Shown here piece after piece: positions 1-10,572 of a stretch of DNA of 64,000 bases (position 1 is its first letter; each line of letters begins with the position of its first letter). Where the stretch lies: the NCBI GenBank assembly GCA_946965045.2, contig OX337230.1, positions 1,736,001-1,800,000 on the forward strand. Direction: 5' to 3'. Source of the DNA: Epithemia pelagica. Its lineage: Eukaryota > Protista > Bacillariophyta. Under the pieces are notes generated by a model. It saw only the letters and a list, made by a program, of their open reading frames with translations, had not been told where the DNA came from and did not search any database. A program made the translations under genes and the position numbers.

Positions 1-1584
1 GACCATCTCTTCTCTTTCCAGAATCATTTTGCCTCGGGGTGAAAATGACGTGAAAAGGTGAAAGAGCGTACTTCCCAGTGCATAAATATCTACCTTTTCA
101 TTGAGCAGTACAGGGTCTGAGGTTGCATTGTTGCTTCGAACTTCTTCGGGACTACGCCACCATGGTGAATGCATGCGCGATTTGAAACCACATGCTTGTT
201 TCCGGGAAGGATTGTATCGAATGAATTCCGCAATATTGAAATCGTTGATTTTAGGTCGTCCTCCATTAAATAAGGCAATGTTTCGTGGATTGATATCATA
301 ATGAACTATGAGAGCAGGATATGCTTGGTCCTGTGGCATAACTTGAGCAGGTAGATCAGTACGCCACTGGGAACCAGCGCGATGTACATGAGCCAAGCCA
401 GTGGCCACACTAGAGGCAACAAACAACCGAAGCAACATGGATCGAGGTTCATATTTACCACGCATCCGACGACTGAGTTTCTCCAATGACTTGATATCAT
501 CACCGTGGGGGAAGTCAGCATATTCGTTAATGGCGGACTGTCCACAGTATCCATAAATGTTCACAACGTGGGGTGAAAAGGTGAGGCGTTCCATAGCCAC
601 AGCATCGCGGTTGTGAAGATTGTAGTATTCGAAAAGAAACTCGCGTTCCAGCCTCAGTGTTTTTAACACAACAATATTGCTGTTTTCTCCTTCTACATCA
701 TCCCAACCCGTATGCCACTCCCACGTTGTACGAAACCATCCGTTGGCTAAAATGCGTAGTTCATGTGTAAGGGACGATGTCACTGGTTCTTCCTCTGTTC
801 CCTCTGTTTCGTTGGTATTACTGGGACTAGTCTCGGCCTGTGTGGTGATTTGTGGGATGTTTGGCTTGGACCACTGCGATAAAATATACGCCCTCATATC
901 TATATCATGCATATTGTTGCATGTAGGATAGGATGCTTGCTGCCAATTTGCCATGGGAACGCAATCCTGATCACTGTCCGATATCGGAACGGGAGGCTGA
1001 GTGGATTGTGCCATGTTCTCAGACTCATCTTCTGAATTGTTACGAGAAAGTACCAACTCTGGAAGGTAGGGTATTCTTTCTCTTGTTGAGGGGAACACCA
1101 AAAGTTGTTGCTCGAAAAAGGATGGTTTCAGCTCGTATACGCGTGGATGCCACGTGTTGGCAGGTTTTGGAAGAGTCGCTCTTGTCCTCCTAGGTTTGTC
1201 TTTTAGGTTTTCATTCTTCCATAGTATGGCTGCGGAAAGTGATGAGGAAGAGGCCTCGGATGATTGACGGCCCAAAATCACGAGATTCACCGTGGACAGC
1301 ATCAGCAACAGGAGCACCGTCAAAGCTGCAAGACTGTTCCGAAGAGTCTTCCAGGAAGAAAATGATCTGCTTGATGTCTGATTACAGCACACATTCGAGA
1401 TGAAAAACAATTTGGCTATCGATACTGTTGGAGACAAGATTCTGGATTTGGATGCTTCCATGCCCTTCTCGTCGTCCACACTGAAATGGGATGCTTGTAG
1501 TTCGATAGTGTTCACGGGTGAGACACGCGCTTGGCTTTTGCTCGTCCGTTGACGGATTCCCATCCTTCTTCCAAATCTTTGCAT
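1..1584 (-). CDS. Protein kinase-like protein with N-terminal membrane anchor (3' end runs off the window)
   Basis: Missing from the ORF track because it has no stop in the window. Manual translation gives an open frame from ATG 1584 to base 1: hydrophobic helix LAALTVLLLLMLSTVNLVIL, CVPMANWQQASYPTCNNMHD, Gly-loop LANGWFRTTW, VVLK, PHVVNIYGYCG, catalytic HYDINPRN, NDFN (DFG equivalent), WWRSPEE, EKVDIYALG. An upstream in-frame ATG exists at 1743. Confidence 0.88.
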   Translation of the reverse strand, partial: MQRFGRRMGIRQRTSKSQARVSPVNTIELQASHFSVDDEKGMEASKSRILSPTVSIAKLFFISNVCCNQTSSRSFSSWKTLRNSLAALTVLLLLMLSTVNLVILGRQSSEASSSSLSAAILWKNENLKDKPRRTRATLPKPANTWHPRVYELKPSFFEQQLLVFPSTRERIPYLPELVLSRNNSEDESENMAQSTQPPVPISDSDQDCVPMANWQQASYPTCNNMHDIDMRAYILSQWSKPNIPQITTQAETSPSNTNETEGTEEEPVTSSLTHELRILANGWFRTTWEWHTGWDDVEGENSNIVVLKTLRLEREFLFEYYNLHNRDAVAMERLTFSPHVVNIYGYCGQSAINEYADFPHGDDIKSLEKLSRRMRGKYEPRSMLLRLFVASSVATGLAHVHRAGSQWRTDLPAQVMPQDQAYPALIVHYDINPRNIALFNGGRPKINDFNIAEFIRYNPSRKQACGFKSRMHSPWWRSPEEVRSNNATSDPVLLNEKVDIYALGSTLFHLFTSFSPRGKMILEREEMV

Positions 1585-1909
1585 TAGAATAGGGGAACAA
1601 CACGCACACACACAAGGAGTAGAATGAGCTCTGCAAATGGTTTTTCGCTTTGTTTCTTCTTGTTTGGACCTTCCTTGTTCCTGGCCCGAACACAAAAAAG
1701 ACGCAGACCAAACCAAAATGTGAGAATCGACGACAAGGACCATGCTTGATCGGCTTTCCGGCGCGCGAGGCTCGCTCTATGTGCACGGTGCACGCATGAG
1801 CATCCAAAATTTCTCCACGCTCCACGTGGAAGATCGATGCGCAAAGATCTCCAACCGATGCAGATCCCACGATCTTGACTCTTGACACCTCAGTCGAGTC
1901 ACCCTCACC

Positions 1910-2801
1910 ATGGCGACCATCAAGTTTTTTCTCCTTGCGGCGATACTGCTTCCGTTCTCAGTCTTGAGCTTCCATTCTGTTGCGTCCAATAATCATGGCC
2001 GGTCGCCGGCATCTGAATCGCAAGAGAGATCGCGATTGCTAAGACCAACTTCCGAGACAGAATCTTGTGACGACAACAAACCAACGATTGGATCCACAGC
2101 TCCAACTTCGACTCGTCGTGTAATGTTTCGGAACGCATTCCTTCCCGTACTTGCATTATCCTTTGCCTCTGAGGCTCCAAAGGCTGCCTCCGCCGCAACC
2201 ACAGCGACACGACTTCCCCTGAGTGACTTGTTGTATATCATTTTGCGTGTGCGAGAAGCCACGGAACAAGAGACGAGACTCATTCGAACGGGCAAGTTCA
2301 AGGATATTCAACGTGCCAATATCAAATTAGCTGTCAAATTCATGGTGGAAAATTATCGGTTGGCGGATACTCTGGTAGCAGCGGCGGCCTATATTGAAGG
2401 GGGGAATGACCGCCGTCTCGAGGCCGGTCAGTTGGGCCAAAATGCCGTTCAAAATTTGCTCACGATTCTAGAGTACTTTGATGCAGCCGATGTGCAAAAT
2501 CTTAAGGTACGCTCGCACGGATTGTGGGTTGAAATAGGGTGCGTAGCAAACAGCATGTCCTGACTGACTTGTTTCTGTTGACCTTGTTCAGGTGGGTGCC
2601 GATAGTTTGGCGGGAAAGGAACAGATTGTATTAAAAGGATTGGATTCTGTTAGGCGTAACTTGGATGACTTTTTGGGATATTTCCCTGCAAGCGAGATTG
2701 ATGCTGCAAAGAAGCGCATACAAGAAGAGAATGATCTCAACGAGAAGGAATTTGACCCCAGTTTGGGAGTGATTATCAATCTCAGACCAGTTAAAGACTG
2801 A
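1910..2801 (+). CDS. Plastid-targeted protein, probably thylakoid-lumenal; join(1910..2506,2592..2801)
   Basis: Signal peptide ending VLS-F, then an S/T/R-rich transit-like region and an RR motif followed by a hydrophobic stretch ending AASA. GT-AG intron 2507-2591 joins the two ORFs in frame. Confidence 0.75.
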
Positions 2802-2977
2802 AAATAACGTTCTCTATCTTACTTTGACCTCATTAGATTCACCTCTACCTTTCTCGACATGTTCCACGTCCAAAAAGTCAACACTTTGTGAAACTAATGT
2901 CCATTGAAACTACATTTTACGAATACTCGTATACTTGCACTTCTTCGTTCGCAAGACCAACGGCAACTGTAAAAGGA

Positions 2978-5900
2978 TTACTCGTCATCGCTATCGATGC
3001 GACGTTTGAATTCATCCGTGGACTTGTGGAAACTTCGGTCCAGCTTCCGTTCTGTGGCATACAAGCATGATAATAGCAAACGGTGAGCCACCAATGAACA
3101 AAATATGGCAACAACAATCCTCAACACTGCAATTTGCTCCGAACGTCTCCAACTTACCGCCTTGCCATACACACGGTACAGACCACCGGATATTCCCTCT
3201 GTTCCTGCAGCGACACGGCCATTTTCACCACAAAGTGTTGCTCCCAGCCGTTCGCCGACCAAACCTTCCACGTCCATTACCTTTAGATAGGATAGTCCAG
3301 ACTTTTCGTATATTCGTACTGCTCCACGGCCCCCGTTCCAGTTCGGAGATCCTATCGCAATGGTTGTCCCGTCATTCGTGACAAAGCTAACTTGAATTCC
3401 GAGTTCTTCTCCGAATCCAACGACTCCTTGCCACATAAAAATTTCGCTCCATTCGACACCCGTCCACTCGAACAGAAACGCGGATCCATCACCGCCACCG
3501 TCGAGAGGTGCCCCAGCCAACAAAAGAGATCCATCACTCGAAATGTCAACCGAAGCACCCAAGAACATACCCAATCTGGGCCCTAACAGTGGATCACCTT
3601 TTTGTTCCCAGTCAACTCCATTGAAATCAAAGACGAAAACTATCCCGCTATCCTTTGTCGAAGTTGTCCCACTGCTGTCCGGTGCCCCCACTGCGATCCG
3701 TTGAATATCCCATGCCACTGAGACAGAAGTCCCAAACTTACCAGAGGCTTCCAGAAAACTGGACGTATTTGGTAGAATCTCGCCTCCAATTTCGTTCCAT
3801 TCTTGTCCATTGTATTCAAACGAGTGGGATGATCCAAACTTCAGGGATCCCACCTGTTCGTTTGGCCGACGGGAAGTCTCAATGGCACCGACGAGAGCAC
3901 TTGGTTTTCCCGCAATAACTGCTGCGTCGACGGCTGTACCAAACTTTGATACCTCATGAGTCGTCTCAAAGGCTACAACAGTCCAGTCTTCTGATGATCG
4001 TTGCAAAACTGTTACACGTCCAGTGGAATCAAAGTCGGGCTCTCCAATGAACAAAACGTCGTCGAGAATTGCAACAGCATGGCCAAAGGCAGTGGCCGGG
4101 ACCGAACTTACAAAAGGTCCACCAACAAGCCGCCACTCTTTTGTTCTAGTGGGTGATTCTGATGGAGAACAAGTTGGGTGCTTTGTAGGTGCCGATGATG
4201 GACGTAGTGATGGGCTGAATGATTGTGTCGGGCTTGGCGACGGAGCGGAGGTTGTCGGAGCCCGAGTAGTCGGCCGCATGCTTGGGCTCTTGGTAGGAGC
4301 CAGTGTCGTGGGAGTACTGGGGAGCGTCTCAGAATACAAGACGGCGGAGGTCGCGCCACTAAAACCTACCAAGACAGAAATCTCATTCTCTAGACGCAAC
4401 GAAGACACAGAAGCCACCGCGTCTGTGTAGTCCACCGTGAAACGCCTCAACCATCGGTTCACCGAGGCATCATAGTCAAACCTCTCCAAAGCTCCATTCT
4501 TGGTCCCAACCACAACCTCCGGACCCTGTGGACCCTCTTGACCGCTCAGAGAATGACGCCCGCCCAAATAATCTCCTTCCACGAGCCCCGCAATGGTTGG
4601 AAGAGCCGTCCAGATCCCTCCGCTTCCCCTCGCAAAAACCTGTATCACACCTCGCTCCCCGTTGAATGAAGGGGCCCCGACTGCAAGATAATTGTCGGAA
4701 AGAAAAGTGACCGAGCTCCCAAAATCTTGCGAGTTCGATACACTGAGGGTGATGGTTTGGTCCCAGGCCGCACCATCCCATGTGTATATACTGAATCTAC
4801 TTTGTCCAGGTTCACCCACCGCGATATCGTTGCCCTCCGGTGTAATGTCTAGTGCCTCGCCGAACCTTGAACCTGGACCAGAGCCTGGAAGAGGAGTGGC
4901 AACCAAGGGGTCCGCACTGAGAACACCGTTTGCTGCCTCGCTGAGCGTAAATGTATATACCAGACCACTGTCCAAATTGGCACCCGGAGCTCCAATCACT
5001 GCATGCATATTGTCGCTTAGCGCTACGGAATAACCAAATTCCTCAAGGGTGGAGTTTGATCCCAGTATTGGTGGCCCTTGGATTTTCCATTGATTGTTTC
5101 CCTCGTCAAAACTATAAAGGTAGACACTGCCAGACGAATTGTCCCCATCCTGAGGAGCTCCAACCAATAAAATAGAGTTGCCGCCATCACCGTCATATAC
5201 GTCGATATCTGACCCATACGCACTCTCTGATGAATCTGTCAACGCGGGAACTGGTGTCCATTCCTCAGAGTCATTACCATTGTTGAAAAATGTCGAAACC
5301 ATTCCAGTTTCGTTCGATTGTGATCCCATGAGAATGAAACGCGAAACGTGCAATACAACGGATACAAAACGTGACGATTCCTCGTCAAAGGAACGAAGCA
5401 ACTGAAGGTCAACCTGTGGTACAGTAGGACTGGGAGTAGGCTGCAAAAAAAACGTGGGTTAACGTGAGGTCAACAGCGAGAATTCCATGGCGATGCTATT
5501 CTCGGCACTTGCTCGTCACATCAGTCTTACTTTAGCTTCGGAAGGCGCTGATGCAGGAGGATCGGATGGCATGAAACTTGTAGGGACATTTGAGGAGTCT
5601 CTTGACGCGGGTGTTGCATCATTCGACGACGAGTCTCCTCCAAGCAAAAATACGACGGCACCGACAACAGCACCAACAATAATAATAGCAACGACAACGA
5701 CAGTAATAATGACACATCGTGTTCTCGCCTGTCTGGCCTCCCATTCGCTTTCAGTGGTGGAAAACGAATCTTGTTTCGAATGAAGCCCACCCATCCGGGC
5801 TTGCTCCTGTAGATGTAGACCGTGCGCTTCGTCGAGGACCACCTCATCAGGTTCGAGTCTCGTCGTTGTGTCGTCCATCTGATCTTCAGCAGTTTGCTCC

Positions 5901-6499
5901 ATTTGATTGTACCATTCTTCTACTCTGGCATTATATTCATTTCTCTTGCTTGTTTCTGGAGCGTCATAGTTGACATTGTTGCTATCGTTTTCGTAGGAGG
6001 CATGACTGGGTGGCAGACCTTGAGGCGGAAGATCTGGCGGACGATCCATACCTCTAATGTCCTGGCTCGTCGGGTACTCCTCGTTGTACTGACGGTGTTG
6101 CGGAGCGCCACTATTGTTTGTAGATGCATCATGCAGATCATGCGGATCATCTGGAGGCAAGTATGCTCCGACAGGGTCGAAATCGTCTGGACCGAGACCC
6201 TGGGGATCAAAGTCGTCCTCTGGAGCAAACTGTGACGGTGAGTTGTAAAAGTTGTTGTTGTAGCCTTCGTTTTCATCCTCTCCCACACCCTCTTCTTCAG
6301 CTTCATCGTATCGATAGCTTGGAGGGATGTCGTTTGGCTCAGGAGGCAAATAAACACCCACAGGGTCAAAGTCGCCGCCGTGCCCAATAGGGCCAGTGAT
6401 GGTGCTGACACCATCCGAGCTCATGACGTCGACATACATCTGCGGGTCATTCCGACGATCATAGTATTCTTCATCGAGAGGTCTATGGAAGTTGGACAT
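2978..6499 (-). CDS. Type II membrane protein with FG-GAP (integrin-alpha-like) beta-propeller repeats; join complement(2978..5440,5531..6499)
   Basis: TM helix CVIITVVVVAIIIVGAVVGAVVFLL. Repeated FGxxVA...VGAP motifs fall in two blocks separated by a PTxAPT mucin-like linker. Phase-0 GT-AG intron 5441-5530. Confidence 0.85.
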
Positions 6500-7059
6500 G
6501 GTACAGCTCTACCCACGTCAAAAGTCAAGGCTTGAAAGACAACGATGTGTAAGGTAGAGAAGGTGACCTCATCCATTAAAAAATGTAAAGGTCATCCCAT
6601 GAGTCCAAGATACTTTCAAAAGAATTGTGGTGTTTCTGTGGGGGTCATCGACTCGAGGCAATACTAATTGGAGCAAAAATTTTCCTGTGAGCGATGAGCC
6701 CGACAGATTCGAGTGGTCGACCCAACAAACTTTCGCTCATCGCAGTAGCTCCATGGGCATGTCCGCAAAACACTTCGTTTTGGAAAAAGAGGGGGGACAA
6801 AAACGAAGAACACAAGTACTTGTAGTGCCCCCAAACCCAAACAGACGACCTTACCATGAGTGATCTTTCCGCGACCATAAAAGAGGCGGATCGCGCGATG
6901 CAGTACACAAAACCCTTGAGTCCAAAACAGCCGTTAAAATACTTCGTCAATCGTCAATGCTGCTCCATCCACAGCACCATTGAAACACACCGACCGTTGC
7001 GTTCCGACGACAAAACTTGAAAGCCATAACACCGCCACAATACAAACACAAGAACCACA

Positions 7060-7544
7060 ATGACTGAATCAAGCACTGGAATTCAAGAGCTCATGGCTGC
7101 TGAAACACGCGCCTCCCAAATTGTTGCCGAAGCTCGTATTGGTAAGTTGTGTGATATCGCATTGGTCAAGCTAGGCAGCGTCCAAGAATGCGATCGTTGT
7201 GGAATTTCATTTCATCTCATGCTTGATTGTTGTCTGAAATTGCAGGACGCGGCGATCGTATGAAGCAGGCCAAGGATGAAGCCCAAGTATTGATTGATGC
7301 CTATCGTTCCGAGAAACAAGAAGAATTTAACAACATGGTATTGAGCAAGGGAGGCTCCGAGGGCAATGCCAGTGCCAAGTTGCAGGCCGATACCAACAAG
7401 GAAATTCAGGACATGCAATCTTCTTTCCAAAAGAACGCCACACAGGCTGTCGATCTTCTTTTGTCCAAATGCTGCGAAGTTAGTCTCGAAGTCCCAACTG
7501 CACGTATTCGTGCCACTCAAAAGAATGCTGGAATTGTTTCTTAA
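7060..7544 (+). CDS. VMA10: V-type H+-ATPase subunit G; join(7060..7141,7246..7544)
   Basis: GIQELMAAETRASQIVAEAR...RMKQAKDEA signature; GTAAG...TGCAG intron 7142-7245 restores the frame. Confidence 0.95.
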
Positions 7545-8436
7545 ACACACTATCACTCATGTAGCAACCCTCATTCAGTGGTGAAACCACTTGCATTGCA
7601 CCGAAGCCACGACGACGACCACAATTAACCAAATTGCATCCGCATCATTTAGTAGCTACACCTCACATCACCCCATTTACCTCGTGGAATTATCTGAAAT
7701 GTGAACGTGGATCTTGTGCACCATATTGCTTGAATGGAAGAGCTATTCTTCCACGATTTTCTTCGCGAGTTCTGAAAAGATGACGGATCATTGCGCGATT
7801 CTTTCATTGCATGTCGCGTGGTCTTAGCGTTTTGTGTCGAAAGGATCAATGCGTCAGTAACGGTACACAGTGCATCCTATGTCTTCCGGGCTTTGATGCC
7901 AACAAGAAACTTTGTCCATAGGAGAACGAGTCGTGAGGACGAGGACGGTTCCGTGCATGCTCTGCGAACCCGTGTTACTTGTTCACTAGCCTTTGGTGTC
8001 CCTTCCATTCTGATAACCGTATGGAATGCAAGTGGCTTGTCCATGGGTCAGTCATGCTGGTGGGCCTTCTGAGTAGACGACATCTACATCGAACAAAACG
8101 TTAACTAACTTCACGAGCACAACAACTCGATATAGCAGTCATCAACAAAAGCATAGCATAAACATTTTCGACAAGCAATATACATGATGCTTTGCTTGGT
8201 TGCACCAAGCGACAGCTACGCGCAACAGAATCCTAGCTAGACGTGGATCCCTTATTCATTACTCATTTCATCTAATTCCTAGTGCATATCTAGAGATGGC
8301 TTTTCAACCGGTTCGATCCAAGTGAGTATGTTCAGATGTTCTCCTGATAACGTCAGCTCTATCGTATCTCGTGATTGCACTTACAAGTGCGAATGTATCT
8401 CCCCCGTGACTTTCTGAGCACATACTTTTCTACAGT

Positions 8437-9174
8437 TTACTTGGAGGGCGAGTCATCATTGGTAGGTGATACGGTCCCACTTCGCTGTTTCTTGGTGGCA
8501 GGTTCAGAAGAAACACCAGTGCTCCCGAAACCTCCTTGTCCACGAACAGTGTCTGGAAGTTCGGTATGGCATTCTTCAACGACTGGCAACACAATCTTCT
8601 CAAGGATCAACTGGGCGATACGGTCTCCCTGCGTGATGTGAAAGTCGGCCGACCCCCAATTGAAGAGAATGACACCCACGGGTCCACGATAGTCGGCATC
8701 AATGACACCCGCGCCCACGTCAATGCCAAACTTTAGGGCCAGACCACTGCGGGGGGCAATGCGTCCGTACGTGCCAGCGGGGCAACAAATGGCCAAATCG
8801 GTGGGAACCAATTTCCGCTCGCCAGCCGGAATGGTCAACGTCTTGGACGAACATAAATCCATTCCAGCAGCAAATTCAGATCCACGCTTGGGAAGTGTGG
8901 CATCCTCAGACAGGCGCTTGACCACCAAACGAGGTTCGGGAGAACTGTGATCGGGAATGGAGTCTGATGAGGAAGAGGCGGCAATCGCAACTGTACTCAT
9001 GGCTGTAGCGGCAGGGTTCGAAAGAGCCGAATCGACAAGGGTCATGACTGGAGGTGTACGCAAAAGTATCGGGAGCAAAAGAAGGCAACGTCGTATTCCT
9101 GGATAAGAAGGAGAGCTTTGAATCGTTCTCATAGAAATCAATGACAGAGTTGTACGACACTTGATGTGATTCAT
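8437..9174 (-). CDS. DUT: dUTP diphosphatase (trimeric dUTPase) with N-terminal extension
   Basis: Motifs [37 protein letters not shown], followed by a basic PATKKQR NLS-like tail. The true start could be a downstream ATG. Confidence 0.95.
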   Translation of the reverse strand: MNHIKCRTTLSLISMRTIQSSPSYPGIRRCLLLLPILLRTPPVMTLVDSALSNPAATAMSTVAIAASSSSDSIPDHSSPEPRLVVKRLSEDATLPKRGSEFAAGMDLCSSKTLTIPAGERKLVPTDLAICCPAGTYGRIAPRSGLALKFGIDVGAGVIDADYRGPVGVILFNWGSADFHITQGDRIAQLILEKIVLPVVEECHTELPDTVRGQGGFGSTGVSSEPATKKQRSGTVSPTNDDSPSK

Positions 9175-9280
9175 GTCTTCTGGAATTTGCCTCCATTGAA
9201 AAAGACGCGCCCCCCGCCATTTCGGTGGGTCAACAGGCGCGACTTCTAACGCGCCAGCTCAATACTCGGCTTGCTGCTTT

Positions 9281-9771
9281 TCCGCAGCTATGGGTCCCAA
9301 CGCCGTGCTTTACACGTGGAATTTCAACCATTGCACTGGTGCAAATGAACGTTACCATCAGACTAATTTGACCATGGCGGATTTTTCTGGACGATTTTCA
9401 TCTCTCCATTTCTATTACAACGGTAGATCTAGGTTAGTCACTAGCGCTAGGGACTCGGTTCGCTCGATTGGTGTTGTTGCGCGCTCCTTGCGCTTCTGAG
9501 AGCAACGACGAGGGGACCTTTTACGATCAGGCTTTGTGGCACAAGGACAAGGAGTTTTTCTTATCCCTCGTAGCAATCAAACAAATAGAACGAATAGAAC
9601 GGATCTCTGCGAGGGATAAGAAAACGAAGATAGTTATGGACCATAACAGATTGACGGAATGCATGCCATGGTGAAGCCACCATACACCGCGACAAACTTG
9701 ATGCCAAACGTGACGTCATGTACTAGGAAAAATTACGTAGGCTCTACTGCGTTGGGACCCATAGCAGCGGA
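9281..9771. mobile_element. MITE-like segment bounded by a 26-bp inverted repeat
   Basis: 9281-9306 TCCGCAGCTATGGGTCCCAACGCCGT matches the reverse complement of 9746-9771 at 24/26 positions. No convincing ORF inside and no TSD identified. Confidence 0.5.
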
Positions 9772-10572
9772 CGCCCTTCTTCAGGGGTTTCGCGCGCGTC
9801 GACCTTCTTTCACCTCCACAAAGACAAGAATCCTACCCCCTAGCGGGGGTGAGTCATGAGGATTAGTGACCGGAATTTGATGAGCAGTTTGCACACCAAA
9901 AGCACGACACACATGCGACCCGACCACTCACCCCTACTTGGGGGTAACAAGAAGCCTTGGATCTGTTGCGCCACTAACTCTCCTTGACACTTGTCCTTCT
10001 TGGGACCGTCTTCGCGTCCAACCCGTCCGAAAAACGAGACTCTGAACAACGAGGCCTTTTTGCATGGTCTCGCAAATTTTCTCGTAGAGTCTCCGATGGG
10101 GAATGGGGAACGACCGACAATCCCAGAGTGGGCTGTGGCAAGAAACAATGTTCCGTCCTACTACATTTCACCATTCGACTGCAATTGCTCGAACAGATTG
10201 ATGGTTTGACATGTGAAGTAAACTTCTCTTGACGGACAGACAGTACTTTCGGATTTCATGCAGACTCCTCTCTTCTCTTGGTACCACCCAAACATCACGT
10301 CCTATTCGACTGAGTTCAGAATGAACGTGTCGGGTAAGCCGGCAGGCTAAGGGGGCTTCATGGGGCCTCAGAAATACATGGCAGATACATGATTGGGTTA
10401 GAAATTTCACAAGACATAGACAAGACAGCAAAATACTTAACGAAAACTCACACAAGACATGTCTTCTCTTACCTGTAGACATCGCGCGCCACGCGCAAAA
10501 AGCCACGGAATCTTGTCGACTTCCCCACGAAAAAGATGAAAACGACGAGGAGTTCCGCTCCAACACGATTCC

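Noticed and set aside
7640-8400. Possible degraded gene or TE fragment between VMA10 and DUT
   Set aside because: All frames are short and contain no recognisable motif.
9190-9260. E2F-like GGCGCG/GGCGGG boxes upstream of dUTPase
   Set aside because: Plausible for an S-phase gene, but the motifs are too short to support without conservation data.
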